The notes under the pieces: generated by a model
Database searches by the model: none
What the model was told of the DNA's origin: nothing
What the model saw: the letters and a program-made list of their open reading frames with translations, nothing else
Made by a program: the position numbers and the translations under genes
Shown here: positions 1-10,501 of the stretch, one piece after another
How positions within the stretch are numbered: position 1 is the stretch's first letter
Layout: each line of letters starts with the position of its first letter
DNA from: an uncultured Acidimicrobiia bacterium
GTDB taxonomy: Bacteria > Actinomycetota > Acidimicrobiia > Spongiisociales > JAOTWH01
DNA length: 56,995 bases
Direction of reading: 5' to 3'
Assembly (NCBI GenBank): GCA_964347285.1
Contig: CAYFYE010000005.1
Coordinates: forward strand, 1-56,995

Positions 1-667
1 CGGTCTTGCCGACGCCGGGCTCGCCGATGAGCACCGGGTTGTTCTTGGTGCGCCGGCTCAGGATCTGCATGACCCGCTCGATCTCCCGGACGCGTCCGAT
101 GACCGGATCGAGCTTGTGCTCCCGGGCATACATCGTCAGGTTGCGCCCGAACTGATCGAGCACAGTGGACCCCGACGGTGCGCTCTCTCGTCCGCCGGTG
201 GTCGCCTGGGCGGGTGCTCCCGGCTCTCCCTGCACCCCCGACAGCAGCTGGATGACCGTCTGGCGCACCTTGTGGAGCTCGGCCCCGAGCTTCTGCAGGA
301 CCTGGGCGGCCACCCCCTCGCCTTCCCGTATCAGGCCCAGCAGGATGTGCTCGGTGCCGATGTAGTTGTGGCCGAGCTGCAAAGCCTCTCGCAAGGAAAG
401 CTCGAGGACCTTCTTGGCTCGCGGGGTGAAGGGGATGTGCCCACTGGGAGCCTGGGCTCCTTGGCCGATGATCTCCACGACCTGGGAACGGACCGACTCG
501 AGATTGATGCCCATCGACTCGAGGCCCCGGGCCGCCACGCCTTCCCCCTCGTGGATCAAGCCCAGCAGGATGTGCTCGGTGCCGATGTAGTTGTGGTTGA
601 GAAGGCGCGCCTCCTCTTGAGCGAGCACGACGACCCTGCGGGCCCGGTCGGTGAATCTCTCGAACAT
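1..667 (-). CDS. clpC: ATP-dependent Clp protease ATP-binding subunit ClpC, 5' part (runs off window edge)
   Basis: Manual minus-strand translation from ATG at 667: [36 protein letters not shown]...LDPVIGR...[18 protein letters not shown] (two Clp-N repeats, Walker A). Not in the ORF track because it is truncated. Confidence 0.97.
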   Translation of the reverse strand, partial: MFERFTDRARRVVVLAQEEARLLNHNYIGTEHILLGLIHEGEGVAARGLESMGINLESVRSQVVEIIGQGAQAPSGHIPFTPRAKKVLELSLREALQLGHNYIGTEHILLGLIREGEGVAAQVLQKLGAELHKVRQTVIQLLSGVQGEPGAPAQATTGGRESAPSGSTVLDQFGRNLTMYAREHKLDPVIGRVREIERVMQILSRRTKNNPVLIGEPGVGKT

Positions 668-913
668 GTTTGGCGTCTCTGAGAAGCGTGTGGCGCCCGG
701 GGCGCCTGCGCCAATTATATCGATGACCCGCTACTGGGCATGTAGGCGCAATCACCCCGGTACACGTACCTTCGACAATCGGAGCGGTTGTCTTGAGCAC
801 CGGGCCATTGCCCCTCGGCAACGTCCCGCGCCGTAGTGCCCCCGGCATCCGCCTTGCCCTCGACTTCTGTCTGGGTCGCCCACCCCCTACCATCCGCCAT
901 CCAAGAACGCGAA

Positions 914-1909
914 ATGGAAAGCCCCGACCTCAGATCGCTCGTTCCGGTGCCCGCAGTATGGGAACGGCTGGACCGGGTCGAAACGCGCCTCGTGGAGGTC
1001 ACCGAAGCCGACGACCCCTTCCTGACCAAGGTGGCCCGCCATCTTCTCACCGCAGGGGGCAAGCGCTATCGCCCCCTGCTGGCTCAGGTTGCCGCCGAAT
1101 TGGGCAATGCCGACGACCACCGGCCGGTGGAGGCTGGGGTCGCCGTCGAGCTGGTTCATCTGGGCAGCCTCTACCACGACGACGTGATCGACGAGGCCGA
1201 AGAGCGGCGGGGTTCACCCTCGGTCAATACCAACTGGTCGAACACCGTCGCCATCCTCGCCGGCGATTTCTTGCTGGCCCGGGCATCGGAAGTAGCCGCA
1301 CCGCTCGGAGAGGAAGCGGTGGCCCTGCTGGCCAGGACCTACGCCACCCTCTGCGAAGGGCAGGTCCTGGAACTCCAGCTGAACGGCGATCTCAATCACA
1401 CGCCCGACGACTACTACCGGGTGATCGGGGGCAAGACGGCCAGCCTGATTCGCACCTCGGCTCGCCTCGGGGCAATGGTGTCCGGCGCCGAGGCTTCCGC
1501 CGTCGAGGCGGTGGGCGACTGGGCGTGGGAAATGGGAATGGTGTTTCAGATGACCGACGACGTGCTCGACCTGGTGGCCACTGAAGAGTTTCTCGGCAAG
1601 CCGGTCGGCTCCGATGTTGCCGAGGGGACCTTCACCTTGCCGCTCATTCACGCCCTAGCCGGACCGCGTCGCAATGAGCTGCGCGACCTGCTGGACCGGC
1701 CCAGGCCCTACCGACCCGAGGTGGTCGCCCGGGTGACCGAGATCGCCCGCAACGGTGGCTACGTCGACCGGGTCCTCGACGAGACCCGGGGGCGCCTCGA
1801 GGCCGCCGAGTCTGCGGTGGACGTCCTCGGTGAAGGCCCGATTCCCGACGTCATGCGGGTCCTGGGGAGGTACCTCCTCGACCGGGTCGAGGAGGCCCGG
1901 ACGGCGTAG
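914..1909 (+). CDS. Polyprenyl diphosphate synthase (HepT/IspB family)
   Basis: GGKRYRP, first Asp-rich motif YHDDVID..RRG, GKT, second motif FQMTDDVLD. ATG at 914 preferred over the track start at 836. Confidence 0.93.
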   Translation: MESPDLRSLVPVPAVWERLDRVETRLVEVTEADDPFLTKVARHLLTAGGKRYRPLLAQVAAELGNADDHRPVEAGVAVELVHLGSLYHDDVIDEAEERRGSPSVNTNWSNTVAILAGDFLLARASEVAAPLGEEAVALLARTYATLCEGQVLELQLNGDLNHTPDDYYRVIGGKTASLIRTSARLGAMVSGAEASAVEAVGDWAWEMGMVFQMTDDVLDLVATEEFLGKPVGSDVAEGTFTLPLIHALAGPRRNELRDLLDRPRPYRPEVVARVTEIARNGGYVDRVLDETRGRLEAAESAVDVLGEGPIPDVMRVLGRYLLDRVEEARTA

Positions 1910-1915
1910 CGCCCC

Positions 1916-3403
1916 TCACTCCGGCCGCATCGCCGGAAACAGGATGACCTCCCGGATCGAGGCCTGGTCGGCCAAGATCATGACTATCCGGTCCACCCCG
2001 ATGCCGAGGCCACCGGTGGGAGGTAGTCCGTACTCGAGGGCCTGGAGGTAGTCCTCATCGACGGGATGGGCCTCCTCGTCACCCCGGGCCCGCCGCACTG
2101 CCTGCGCCTCGAAGCGGGCCCGCTGCTCGATGGGATCGTTGAGCTCGGAGAACGCATTGGCGAGCTCCCAGCCGGCGGCCACCACCTCGAACCGCTCCGC
2201 GAGGCCCGGATCGTCCCGATGGTCCCTGGCGAGCGGTGAGATCGACTTGGGGTAGTCGTGCACGATGGTCGGGTCCCACAGCTCCCCCTCTACTCGCTTG
2301 TCGAACACCTCGGCCAGCACCTTGCCGACGTCCCAATCATCATCCAGGTCGAGCTCCAGCCCGGCTGCCCGCCGGCGCAGCTCGTCCGGCTCCATGTCGA
2401 CCGAGAACTCGATTCCGGTGGTATGGGCGATGACCTCGAGGAAGGTCACCCGTCGCCACGGCGGAGAGAGATCGATCGGCCTGCCCTGGTAGGAAAGCTG
2501 CCGCGACCCGGCCACCGTCTCGGCCACCTCTGCGATCACGGCCTCGAGGAGCGTCATGATGTCCGTGTAGTCCGCATAGGCCTGGTAGGCCTCCAGCATC
2601 GTGAAGTCCGGGTTGTACCGAGTAGAGATGCCCTCGTTGCGGAACGCCCTTCCCAACTCGAAGACTTTCTCGACGCCGCCCACCACCAGCTTCTTGAGGG
2701 GCAGCTCGTGGGCGATGCGCAGATACATGTCGATGCCGAGCGCTTCGTGGTGGGTCACGAAGGGACGGGCCAGGGCTCCGCCCGGTTGGAGCTGCAGCAC
2801 CGGCGTCTCGACCTCGATGAAGCCCCGCTGCCAGAACGCCTCCCGAAAGGCGCGCACCGTCGCCGCCCGGACCTGCATGGTGCGACGGGCTTCCGGGTTG
2901 GCGATCAGATCCAGATAGCGCTGCCGGTGGCGGACCTCTACGTCGTGGACGCCGTGGAACTTCTCGGGCATCTCCCGCAGCGACTTGGCCAGCAAGGTGA
3001 AGTCGGTGACTCGCACCGACAGCTCGCCCTTGCGGGTGGTCATCACCTCGCCAGTGGCACCCACCCAGTCGCCCAGATCGAGATCGGCGAACTCGGCGTG
3101 GCGCTCGCCGAGCAGCGCGGCGTCCGCGAACAGCTGAATCCGACCGCTGGCGTCCTGGAGCACGCCGAAGATCAGCTTGCCCATCTCCCGTCTGCCCACC
3201 AATCGACCGGCCACCGTGAACGTATCGCCGGTCACCGACTCCGGTTCGAGCCCGGCATAGCGCTCGTGGAGCTCGGCTGCCGCGACGTCGGGGGTGAAGC
3301 GATGGGGCAGCCCCGGGCGGGCCGCATCGGCTTTGGCGAGCCGGGGGCCGGCCAGGGCATCGGCCTCGAGGGTTCGACGGTCCCCGTGCTTGCCTTCGCT
3401 CAC
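1916..3403 (-). CDS. lysS: Lysine--tRNA ligase (class II)
   Basis: OB-fold N-terminus, RQRYLDL, GGALARPF, FRNEG, YGLPPTGGLGIGVDR. GTG start at 3403 overlaps the coaX stop (GTGA). Confidence 0.97.
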   Translation of the reverse strand: MSEGKHGDRRTLEADALAGPRLAKADAARPGLPHRFTPDVAAAELHERYAGLEPESVTGDTFTVAGRLVGRREMGKLIFGVLQDASGRIQLFADAALLGERHAEFADLDLGDWVGATGEVMTTRKGELSVRVTDFTLLAKSLREMPEKFHGVHDVEVRHRQRYLDLIANPEARRTMQVRAATVRAFREAFWQRGFIEVETPVLQLQPGGALARPFVTHHEALGIDMYLRIAHELPLKKLVVGGVEKVFELGRAFRNEGISTRYNPDFTMLEAYQAYADYTDIMTLLEAVIAEVAETVAGSRQLSYQGRPIDLSPPWRRVTFLEVIAHTTGIEFSVDMEPDELRRRAAGLELDLDDDWDVGKVLAEVFDKRVEGELWDPTIVHDYPKSISPLARDHRDDPGLAERFEVVAAGWELANAFSELNDPIEQRARFEAQAVRRARGDEEAHPVDEDYLQALEYGLPPTGGLGIGVDRIVMILADQASIREVILFPAMRPE

Positions 3404-4176
3404 TCGGCTCCCTCGGTGTTGAGTTGAAAGATCATGCGCAAGCCTTCGAGGGTGAGGAACTCGTCGATGCGGTCGACCCTCCGGCAATGGGGAACGATGG
3501 TAGAGGCGAGACCCCCGGTGGCCACGATCTCGACCCCACCGCCCAGCTCGGTCTCCAGCCTCTCGAGAATGCCGTCGACCATCCCGGCATGACCGTAGAC
3601 GATCCCACTCTGGATGGCTTCGACGGTCCCCTTGCCGATCACGGAGCGGGGAGGCACCAACTCGACGCGGCGCAGAGCCGCAGTCCGTCCGATGAGGGCA
3701 TCCTGAGACACCTCCAGGCCGGGAGCGATCACGCCTCCGATGTAGTCACCCTGGCCACTCACTACATCGAAATTGGTGGATGTACCGAAATCGACGACCA
3801 CCGCCGGAGCGCCGTACCGGTGGTGAGCCGCCACGGCGTTGGCGACCCGATCGGCCCCGACCTCGCGGGGATTGTCGATCGAGATGGCGATCCCGGTGCG
3901 CACCCCCGGCTCGACGATGACCATGGGGCCGGCGATCAGGTGCTGGCCGACGTGCCGCAACGCCGCGGTCACGGGCGGAACGACGCTGGACACCACGCCC
4001 CCGGTCAGCGACCCGACGGGCACCCCGTCGGACGCCAGCAAGCCGGTGAACAGCAGACGGTACTCGTCGGCGCTGCGGTCGCTCTGGGTGGCGAGCCGCC
4101 AATGATTGGCCAGCCGTTTGCCTTCGAAGAGGCCCATCACAGTCTGGGTGTTGCCTACGTCGATGGCCAGCAGCAT
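3400..4176 (-). CDS. coaX: Type III pantothenate kinase
   Basis: LLAIDVGNTQT, EVGADR, VVDFGT, GGVIAPG, ATGG motifs. Confidence 0.96.
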   Translation of the reverse strand: MLLAIDVGNTQTVMGLFEGKRLANHWRLATQSDRSADEYRLLFTGLLASDGVPVGSLTGGVVSSVVPPVTAALRHVGQHLIAGPMVIVEPGVRTGIAISIDNPREVGADRVANAVAAHHRYGAPAVVVDFGTSTNFDVVSGQGDYIGGVIAPGLEVSQDALIGRTAALRRVELVPPRSVIGKGTVEAIQSGIVYGHAGMVDGILERLETELGGGVEIVATGGLASTIVPHCRRVDRIDEFLTLEGLRMIFQLNTEGAE

Positions 4177-4179
4177 CGC

Positions 4180-5121
4180 CTACCTCTCTGACTGCGGACA
4201 TTCACCCCCGCCGTCCCGGACGGCTGTTTGGGCGCGCTCGGCGTAGAGGATCGAGGGGCGGTCGAGGAGGACCCCGGTGTCGGGGGTGAGGTCGGGCCCG
4301 TCGAAGTACAAGTTGTCGATCAGCCTCGTGGAGCCGACCGTGGCCGCAGCCGCCAGGAAGGCTTCGCGGTCGAGCGTGGGCAGTCCGACCAGATCGAAAG
4401 CGTCGACGAGCCTCGCGTAGCCGAGCTCGACCAGCGGCTCGGCGGCCACTGCTTCGGCAACCACCCCCTCCAGCGTCTCGCCGTTTCGCTCCCCGGCCAC
4501 CACCGCTCGGGCGGCAACCAGCAGACTCCGCGAAAGGACCAAGGCCGCCGAGCGCTCGTCCGGGGTGAGATACGTGTTGCGGCTGGAAAGGGCCAATCCA
4601 TCCTGTTCCCGCACGGTGGACACCCCCACGATTTCGATCGGGAAGGAGAGGTCACGAACCAGGCGACGAACGACGGCCAGCTGCTGGGCATCCTTGCGGC
4701 CCATATAAGCGACGTCGGGCTGGAGAGCGGCGAAGAGCTTGGCCACGACCAAGGCCACGCCCTCGAAGTGGCCGGGCCGGGCCCGCCCCTCGAGGACGAC
4801 GGCGAGCGCCTCGATCGTAAGGCGCACCGATGGCTGCACCGGATACATCTCATCCGGCGGAGGGGCAAACAGCACGTCCACACCCTCGGCCTCGGCCAAC
4901 GAGGTGTCCCGGGCGAAATCACGCGGGTACCGGTCGAGATCCTCGTCGGGCCCGAATTGGAAGGGGTTGACGAAGAGACTCACGATGACCGTGTCGCACT
5001 CGGTGCGGGAACGGCGCATGAGTGCCACGTGTCCCTCGTGGAAGAATCCCATGGTGGGCACCAGCCCGGTCCGGCCCCAGGCCAGGGAGCGGGCCTCGGC
5101 GAATGTGGCGACCACCTTCAC
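4180..5121 (-). CDS. panC: Pantoate--beta-alanine ligase
   Basis: VPTMGFFHEGH, FVNPFQF, RPGHFEGV, GRKDAQQ, DGLALSSRN, RLIDN. Confidence 0.97.
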   Translation of the reverse strand: MKVVATFAEARSLAWGRTGLVPTMGFFHEGHVALMRRSRTECDTVIVSLFVNPFQFGPDEDLDRYPRDFARDTSLAEAEGVDVLFAPPPDEMYPVQPSVRLTIEALAVVLEGRARPGHFEGVALVVAKLFAALQPDVAYMGRKDAQQLAVVRRLVRDLSFPIEIVGVSTVREQDGLALSSRNTYLTPDERSAALVLSRSLLVAARAVVAGERNGETLEGVVAEAVAAEPLVELGYARLVDAFDLVGLPTLDREAFLAAAATVGSTRLIDNLYFDGPDLTPDTGVLLDRPSILYAERAQTAVRDGGGECPQSER

Positions 5122-5942
5122 CGCTCCAATGCTCCCCGCAGCTCAGCGGTCTTGCCGGCGACCCGGGCCAGGGCGGCCACAAACGCATCAAAGTCCTCGA
5201 TCCACTCCGGGGCGGACCGCTGCACCGCTTCCAACTGGGCAGCAACGGTTCGGAAGTCGCCGCGAGCCACCGGGCCGGTGAGGGCCCGGCGCGGGCTCAT
5301 CGTCAGCGCATTGTCAACGACGGCCCGCACCAAAGGTCCGGCCGCCTCGAACGGCACACCGGCGGCCGCAAACAGGTCCTCGGCCATGGCCAGCGCCGCC
5401 AGCGGGAAGTTGGCGGCGGCCGCGGCGGCAGCGTGATACAGGGGACGGGCTTCGGCGGCGACGTCGAAGGGAACGGCTCCGATGGAACGCGCCAGCTCGC
5501 GAAGCGAACTTCGCAAGCCGTCCTGATCGGCATCTACGGCTATCCAGGCCCCAGGGATACGGGCCGCCCCTACTTCTGCATCGGGGAAGGTCTGGAGAGG
5601 ATGGAAGCTGCCGGTGGCCAGGCCATTCTGTGCCAACCCGTCCAGCGGCTCGAGCGTGGCCAGCCCGCTGAGGTGTACTGCGGCCTCGACCGCACCGGCG
5701 AGGGGAGAAAGGCGGGCAGCCACCTCCTCGATGGCATCGTCGCGCACCGCGATCATCATGAGCTGGGCCTGTGGCAGGGGACGGTCCCACGTCAGCGGGG
5801 TGGAGTGGAGCACGTCGGCGGCCGCTCCAGCCGCCTCGGCACGGCGAGCCAGCACACCGGTGATCGTGTGCCCCGACCTCCCCATCGCCAGCGCAACAGC
5901 CGTCCCGGCCCGGCCGGGCCCCACCACGATGGCTTCGGTCAT
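5118..5942 (-). CDS. Rossmann-like/DUF2520 protein (PanG-type ketopantoate reductase candidate)
   Basis: GPGRAG Rossmann motif, AVRDD, HLSG, FHPLQTF, YHAAA, LTGPVARGD. Coupled to panC; ATG at 5942 with a GGAGG SD. Confidence 0.88.
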   Translation of the reverse strand: MTEAIVVGPGRAGTAVALAMGRSGHTITGVLARRAEAAGAAADVLHSTPLTWDRPLPQAQLMMIAVRDDAIEEVAARLSPLAGAVEAAVHLSGLATLEPLDGLAQNGLATGSFHPLQTFPDAEVGAARIPGAWIAVDADQDGLRSSLRELARSIGAVPFDVAAEARPLYHAAAAAAANFPLAALAMAEDLFAAAGVPFEAAGPLVRAVVDNALTMSPRRALTGPVARGDFRTVAAQLEAVQRSAPEWIEDFDAFVAALARVAGKTAELRGALER

Positions 5943-6036
5943 CTCGAGTTTCCTCCGGTTCGCGTCACGAGGTACACGACCACAGTGGAGGTTAGGGAGT
6001 TGCGACCGCCTCGTCGCCCTCGTCGCCGCCGGCCGC

Positions 6037-6531
6037 TCAGGGCGGGCGTCGTGGCAACCGCCCTCGGCGCCGCACCTCCTGGTGCTGCACCTCCGCCAGG
6101 AACGATTTGAGCTTGGTCCCGTCGGGTAGCTTGGCCCGGGGCCGCACCTCCAGCAGTGGCTCCAACACGAAACGGCGTACCGCCAGGCGGGGGTGAGGCA
6201 GACGTAACCCGGGTTCATCGATCTCCTCTTCCCCGTGCAGCAAGAGATCGAGGTCGAGCGAGCGCGGTCCCATCCGCTCACCCCGCACCCGCCCGGACCG
6301 CTCCTCGATGGCGAGCATTCCGTCGAGCAACGGGCGAGGGGCCAACTCGGTCTCCAGCACCGCAACCATGTTCAGAAAGGGATCCTGCGGAGGCCCTCCG
6401 ATGGGGGCGGTTTCGTAGACGGATGAGGTCGCCACCACCGTCCCCAGTGCCTCCAGGCCTTCCAGAGCCTGGTCGAGATGGCGATCGCGATCCCCGAGGT
6501 TGGAACCGAGCCCGATGTAAGCCTCGGTCAA
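6037..6531 (-). CDS. folK: 2-amino-4-hydroxy-6-hydroxymethyldihydropteridine diphosphokinase
   Basis: AYIGLGSNLGD, YETAP, FLN, GPRSLDLDLL, LPHPR...RRFVL. Confidence 0.96.
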   Translation of the reverse strand: MTEAYIGLGSNLGDRDRHLDQALEGLEALGTVVATSSVYETAPIGGPPQDPFLNMVAVLETELAPRPLLDGMLAIEERSGRVRGERMGPRSLDLDLLLHGEEEIDEPGLRLPHPRLAVRRFVLEPLLEVRPRAKLPDGTKLKSFLAEVQHQEVRRRGRLPRRPP

Positions 6532-6533
6532 GG

Positions 6534-7013
6534 CTACTTGCCGGCCGGGTTCGGGATGAGGCTTCGACCCTCCGGCCCCAGCGGTCGGCCCAGGATCTCC
6601 TGGATCACCGAGGTGGCCACGATCGGATCATCGATCTTTCCCGAAAAGACCAGGTAGCCGCCCAAGAGTCCCGCCACCGTGTCGTCGACGATGTCGCGAT
6701 GAACCAGCAGCACGATCTCGGGATGAGACAGGGCCTCATGGATCGCCCGGAACACCCGCTGGATGTCCTCGTCCTCGATCTCCCCCGCCAGCGGCTCGTG
6801 AAAGGTCCGCAAGCCGGCCTCCTCGTAGGCCTGGAGGTTGTGATTGCCTTCGAGGAGGGAAAGCACCGCGGTCACGCCTTCGCGCTTGATCCAGGTGATC
6901 TCCTCGGCGCGTCGTACCCGCCGATGCTGGAAGCCATAGCCTCCGATCCGCTCCGACACCGCCAATCGGCCGGTGATCACCCAGACGAATTCACGGGGCT
7001 CGAGGCCCGTCAT
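6534..7013 (-). CDS. Hypothetical protein, dual-specificity/tyrosine-phosphatase-like fold lacking the CX5R motif
   Basis: WVITGRLAVS..GVTAVLSLL..VLLVHRDIVDDT..GYL pattern resembles small DSP-fold proteins. Packed tightly between folP and folK. Confidence 0.7.
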   Translation of the reverse strand: MTGLEPREFVWVITGRLAVSERIGGYGFQHRRVRRAEEITWIKREGVTAVLSLLEGNHNLQAYEEAGLRTFHEPLAGEIEDEDIQRVFRAIHEALSHPEIVLLVHRDIVDDTVAGLLGGYLVFSGKIDDPIVATSVIQEILGRPLGPEGRSLIPNPAGK

Positions 7014-7025
7014 GGTCGCCTCTTC

Positions 7026-7877
7026 TCAGATAGAGCGCACGATAGCGTCGGTCACGCGCGCTATCTGTAGCGCTGTTGCCACGTCATGTACTCGTACTGC
7101 GGCCGCCCCGGCGGAAATGGCCAGAGCAACGGTGGCGGCGGTAGCCACGTCTCGCGCCCGGGGATCCTCGATGCCCAGCATTCGGCCCAAGAAGCTCTTG
7201 CGGGAAGTCCCCACCAGCACCGGCAACCCAGTTTCTACTAGATCACCCAGGTGGGCCAGCAAGTCCAGGTTGTGCCCGAGGTCCTTACCGAACCCGATCC
7301 CGGGGTCGATGCAGATGTGGCCGGGCTCAACGCCTGCCCGTTGGGCACACGCGGCCCGTTCCGTCAGGAAGTCGCGTACCTCGGTCACCACATCCTCGTA
7401 GTGGGGGTCATCCTGCATGGTGCGTGGCGTTCCCTGCATGTGCATGAGCAGCAATCCGGCCCCCGCCTCGGCCACGACTGCAGCCATCTCGGGATCGCCA
7501 AGCGCGGTGACGTCGTTGACGGATTCGGCTCCGGCTTCGAGCGCCGCCGCCGCCACCTCGGCCTTGGAGGTATCGATAGAGACTGCGACGCCCTGGGCAT
7601 GGAGCCGCTCCACCACCGGCAAGACTCGCCTCAGCTCTTCGGAGGCGGTCACCGCTGCGGCCCCCGGGCGGGTCGATTCGCCCCCTACGTCGACTAGGTC
7701 GGCACCCTGGCGCCAAGCCTCCAAGCCTCGATCGACGGCCCGATCGGTGTCCAGGAACGCACCGCCGTCCGAGAAGGAGTCCGGGGTCACGTTGAGGATC
7801 GCCATTACAAGACTGTGTTCGGAAGTGGAGAGCGTTCGGGTCCGCAGCCGCCACTCCACTGGCGTGAAGGATCTCAT
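7026..7877 (-). CDS. folP: Dihydropteroate synthase
   Basis: ILNVTPDSFSDGG, DVGGESTRPG, SIDT, DPGIGFGK, SRKSF, VRVHDV. Confidence 0.97.
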   Translation of the reverse strand: MRSFTPVEWRLRTRTLSTSEHSLVMAILNVTPDSFSDGGAFLDTDRAVDRGLEAWRQGADLVDVGGESTRPGAAAVTASEELRRVLPVVERLHAQGVAVSIDTSKAEVAAAALEAGAESVNDVTALGDPEMAAVVAEAGAGLLLMHMQGTPRTMQDDPHYEDVVTEVRDFLTERAACAQRAGVEPGHICIDPGIGFGKDLGHNLDLLAHLGDLVETGLPVLVGTSRKSFLGRMLGIEDPRARDVATAATVALAISAGAAAVRVHDVATALQIARVTDAIVRSI

Positions 7878-7892
7878 CGCGAAATCGAGCTA

Positions 7893-9812
7893 CTAAGTGC
7901 CCTCGACAGTGCTGGCGGCGGCCACTCCCTCCCGCGGTTCGGTGGGGCGGCGGGGGGCCCGAATTCGGCCCGACCCCTCGAGGTCGTGCTCCCACTTGGG
8001 CACATCGAAGAAGATCTGCTCGACCTCCTTTTGATCGATGGTCTCCTTCTCCACGAGCACCTCGGCAATCCGTTTGAGGGCGTCACGATGGGCCGTGATG
8101 ATCTCGCGGGCTTCCTCATGAGCCTGGTTGATGAGGGCGCGAACCTCATCATCGATGCGGGAGGCCACGTCGTCGGAGTAGTCCTGACCGCGCGTGTAGT
8201 CCCGCCCCAAGAACACCTCGGCCTCCGGGCTTCCATAGCGCAGCGGACCGAGCTTGTCGCTCATCCCGTACTCCATAACCATCTTCCGGGCAATCTCGGT
8301 GGCCTTCTCGATGTCGTTGGAGGCGCCGGTGGTCGGATCGGCGAAGATCAGTTCTTCGGCGGTACGGCCTCCCAGGAGCATGGCCAGTTGGTCCACGAGC
8401 TCGGAGCGGCGAATGTGATACTTGTCCTGGAGGGGGAGCGCCAGCGTGTAGCCCAACGCCCGCCCCCTGGGGATGATCGACACCTTGTGGATGGGGTCGG
8501 AAGCCGGCAGGGCAAACCCAACCAGGGCGTGGCCGCCCTCGTGGTAGGCGGTGATCTGTTTCTCCTCCTCCGACATCACCCGACTCTTGCGCTCCGGCCC
8601 GGCCATGACCCGTTCGATGGACTCCTCGAGCTGCTCCTGGTGAACCTGCTCGTGCCCCCGTCGAGCCGCCAGGAGGGCGCCCTCGTTGATGAGGTTGGCG
8701 AGATCGGCACCGGTGAAGCCCGGGGTCTGTCGGGCCAGCACGTCGAGATCGACATCGTCGGCCAGCGGCTTGCCGCGAGCGTGGACCTCGAGGATCTCCC
8801 GGCGCCCGTTCAGATCGGGTCGATCGACGACCACCTGCCGGTCGAACCGGCCCGGCCGGAGCAGGGCCGGGTCGAGGATGTCGGGACGGTTAGTGGCGGC
8901 GACCAGGATGACGCCCTTGTTGATGTCGAAACCGTCCATCTCGACGAGGAGCTGGTTGAGNNNNNNNNNNTCATCATGGCCACCACCCAGGCCGGCGCCC
9001 CGGTGGCGGCCCACAGCATCGATCTCGTCGATGAACACGATGGCAGGCGCCGCTGCCTTGGCCTGCTCGAAGAGGTCGCGCACCCGCGAGGCGCCGACCC
9101 CAACGAACATCTCGACGAAATCGGAGCCGCTGATTGTGAAGAAGGGCACGCCGGCCTCTCCGGCGACGGCCCGGGCAAGGAGAGTCTTGCCGGTCCCGGG
9201 CGGGCCATAGAGCAGGACCCCCTTGGGGATCTTGGCGCCGATGGCGCGGAACTTCTGCGGCGCCGCCAGGAACTCCTTGATCTCCTGCAGCTCTTCCACC
9301 GCCTCGTCCAACCCGGCCACGTCCTTGAAGGTGACCTTGGGCTGGTCACGGGTGACCTGCTTGGCCTTCGCCTTCCCGAACGACATCACTCGATTCCCGC
9401 CGCCCTGGAGCTGGAGCAGGATGAAGATGAAGATCCCGAAGATGAGGACATAGGGGAGGATCGTGGTGAGAAACCACTGGAATATCGATGGATTCTCGGC
9501 GTCGGTCTCGGTGTCCACCCCCGAGTCGAGAAGCTGCTGGGTCAGCTCGTCTTCGTATTCCTCCGGGTAAGAGGCTTCGAAGCGGGGGTCGGCCCCGGGG
9601 GCGGCCCCGGTCGAGGTGAGCTCACCCTCGACAACATTGGACTTCTGCTTGATGGTGACCGAGGCGACCTGGCCCGCGGCGATCTTGTCCTCGAGCTCGT
9701 TCAGCGTCAGCTGCTGCGGCTCGGTCGCCGTGCTGACGAACGCGTTGACCACCATCACGACGATCGCGATGACGACCGCGTATACCAGGATCGTTCGGGC
9801 CGTTCGGCTCAC
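7893..9812 (-). CDS. ftsH: ATP-dependent zinc metalloprotease FtsH
   Basis: Two TM segments, [32 protein letters not shown]. Confidence 0.98.
   Translation of the reverse strand: MSRTARTILVYAVVIAIVVMVVNAFVSTATEPQQLTLNELEDKIAAGQVASVTIKQKSNVVEGELTSTGAAPGADPRFEASYPEEYEDELTQQLLDSGVDTETDAENPSIFQWFLTTILPYVLIFGIFIFILLQLQGGGNRVMSFGKAKAKQVTRDQPKVTFKDVAGLDEAVEELQEIKEFLAAPQKFRAIGAKIPKGVLLYGPPGTGKTLLARAVAGEAGVPFFTISGSDFVEMFVGVGASRVRDLFEQAKAAAPAIVFIDEIDAVGRHRGAGLGGGHDXXXXLNQLLVEMDGFDINKGVILVAATNRPDILDPALLRPGRFDRQVVVDRPDLNGRREILEVHARGKPLADDVDLDVLARQTPGFTGADLANLINEGALLAARRGHEQVHQEQLEESIERVMAGPERKSRVMSEEEKQITAYHEGGHALVGFALPASDPIHKVSIIPRGRALGYTLALPLQDKYHIRRSELVDQLAMLLGGRTAEELIFADPTTGASNDIEKATEIARKMVMEYGMSDKLGPLRYGSPEAEVFLGRDYTRGQDYSDDVASRIDDEVRALINQAHEEAREIITAHRDALKRIAEVLVEKETIDQKEVEQIFFDVPKWEHDLEGSGRIRAPRRPTEPREGVAAASTVEGT
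8961..8970. other. Assembly gap (10 N) inside ftsH
   Basis: Run of n. The flanks GGGHD and LNQLL normally enclose EREQT, which would imply about 13 missing nt. Confidence 0.95.
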
Positions 9813-9967
9813 CGATCACTCCTCCGGGCGCCGTGGTACCGGCGCCGTCCTCGGATATTCCGGCTCAACGCCGGTCTCTACCCCCATGGTATGCCTACCA
9901 GTGGGCAATGTCAGTGGAGTTTGGGCCACCCGCTGGTTATCGGGCAGGGGCCAGATCATCTCAAGAA

Positions 9968-10501
9968 CTACCCGGAGTGGAGGTGCTCCTCCAGCACAGC
10001 CACGTACGGTAGATTCCGGTAGTGCCCTTCGTAGTCGAGGCCGAAACCGACCACGAAATCGGGAGGGATCCGAAAGCCGGGGTAGTTCACCTCGATATCC
10101 ACCCTCTGCAGGCCCTCCTTGACCAAGAGGGCGGCCAAGGCCAGCGAGGCGGGACGGCGGGCCCGGAGACTCCGCATCAGGTAGTTGAGCGTGAGGCCGG
10201 AGTCGATGATGTCTTCGACGATGATGACGTGGCGGCCTTCGATCTGCTGATCGAGGTCCTTGAGGAGGCGCACCACGCCCGAGGTTTCGGTGGCAGCCCC
10301 ATAGGAAGACACCGCCATGAAATCGAACTCGACCGGCAGGTCGATACGGCGGGCCAGGTCGGCCATGACCATGAAGGCTCCTTTGAGGATCCCCACCAGC
10401 AGAGGGCTCTTCCCCTGGTAGTCGGTGGTGATGGCGGCGCCCATCTCATCGAGCTTGGCGTCGATCTCCTGGGCCGTCAGTAGGACCTTGCCGACCTTCA
10501 C
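9968..10501 (-). CDS. hpt: Hypoxanthine phosphoribosyltransferase
   Basis: GILKGA, VSSYG, IVEDIIDSGLTL, FVVGFGLDY..YRNLP. GTG at 10501 overlaps the tilS stop. Confidence 0.96.
   Translation of the reverse strand: MKVGKVLLTAQEIDAKLDEMGAAITTDYQGKSPLLVGILKGAFMVMADLARRIDLPVEFDFMAVSSYGAATETSGVVRLLKDLDQQIEGRHVIIVEDIIDSGLTLNYLMRSLRARRPASLALAALLVKEGLQRVDIEVNYPGFRIPPDFVVGFGLDYEGHYRNLPYVAVLEEHLHSG

Noticed and set aside
335..596. Perfect 37-bp direct repeat (335-371 and 560-596), superficially CRISPR-like
   Set aside because: Only two copies, in frame within clpC, encoding [12 protein letters not shown] of the two Clp-N repeats.
116..682. 188-aa plus-strand ORF
   Set aside because: Antisense shadow of clpC.
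8961..8970. Apparent one-codon deletion in FtsH
   Set aside because: Artefact of a fixed-length N gap.
7815..10022. 735-aa plus-strand ORF
   Set aside because: Antisense shadow of ftsH caused by high-GC codon bias; no motifs.
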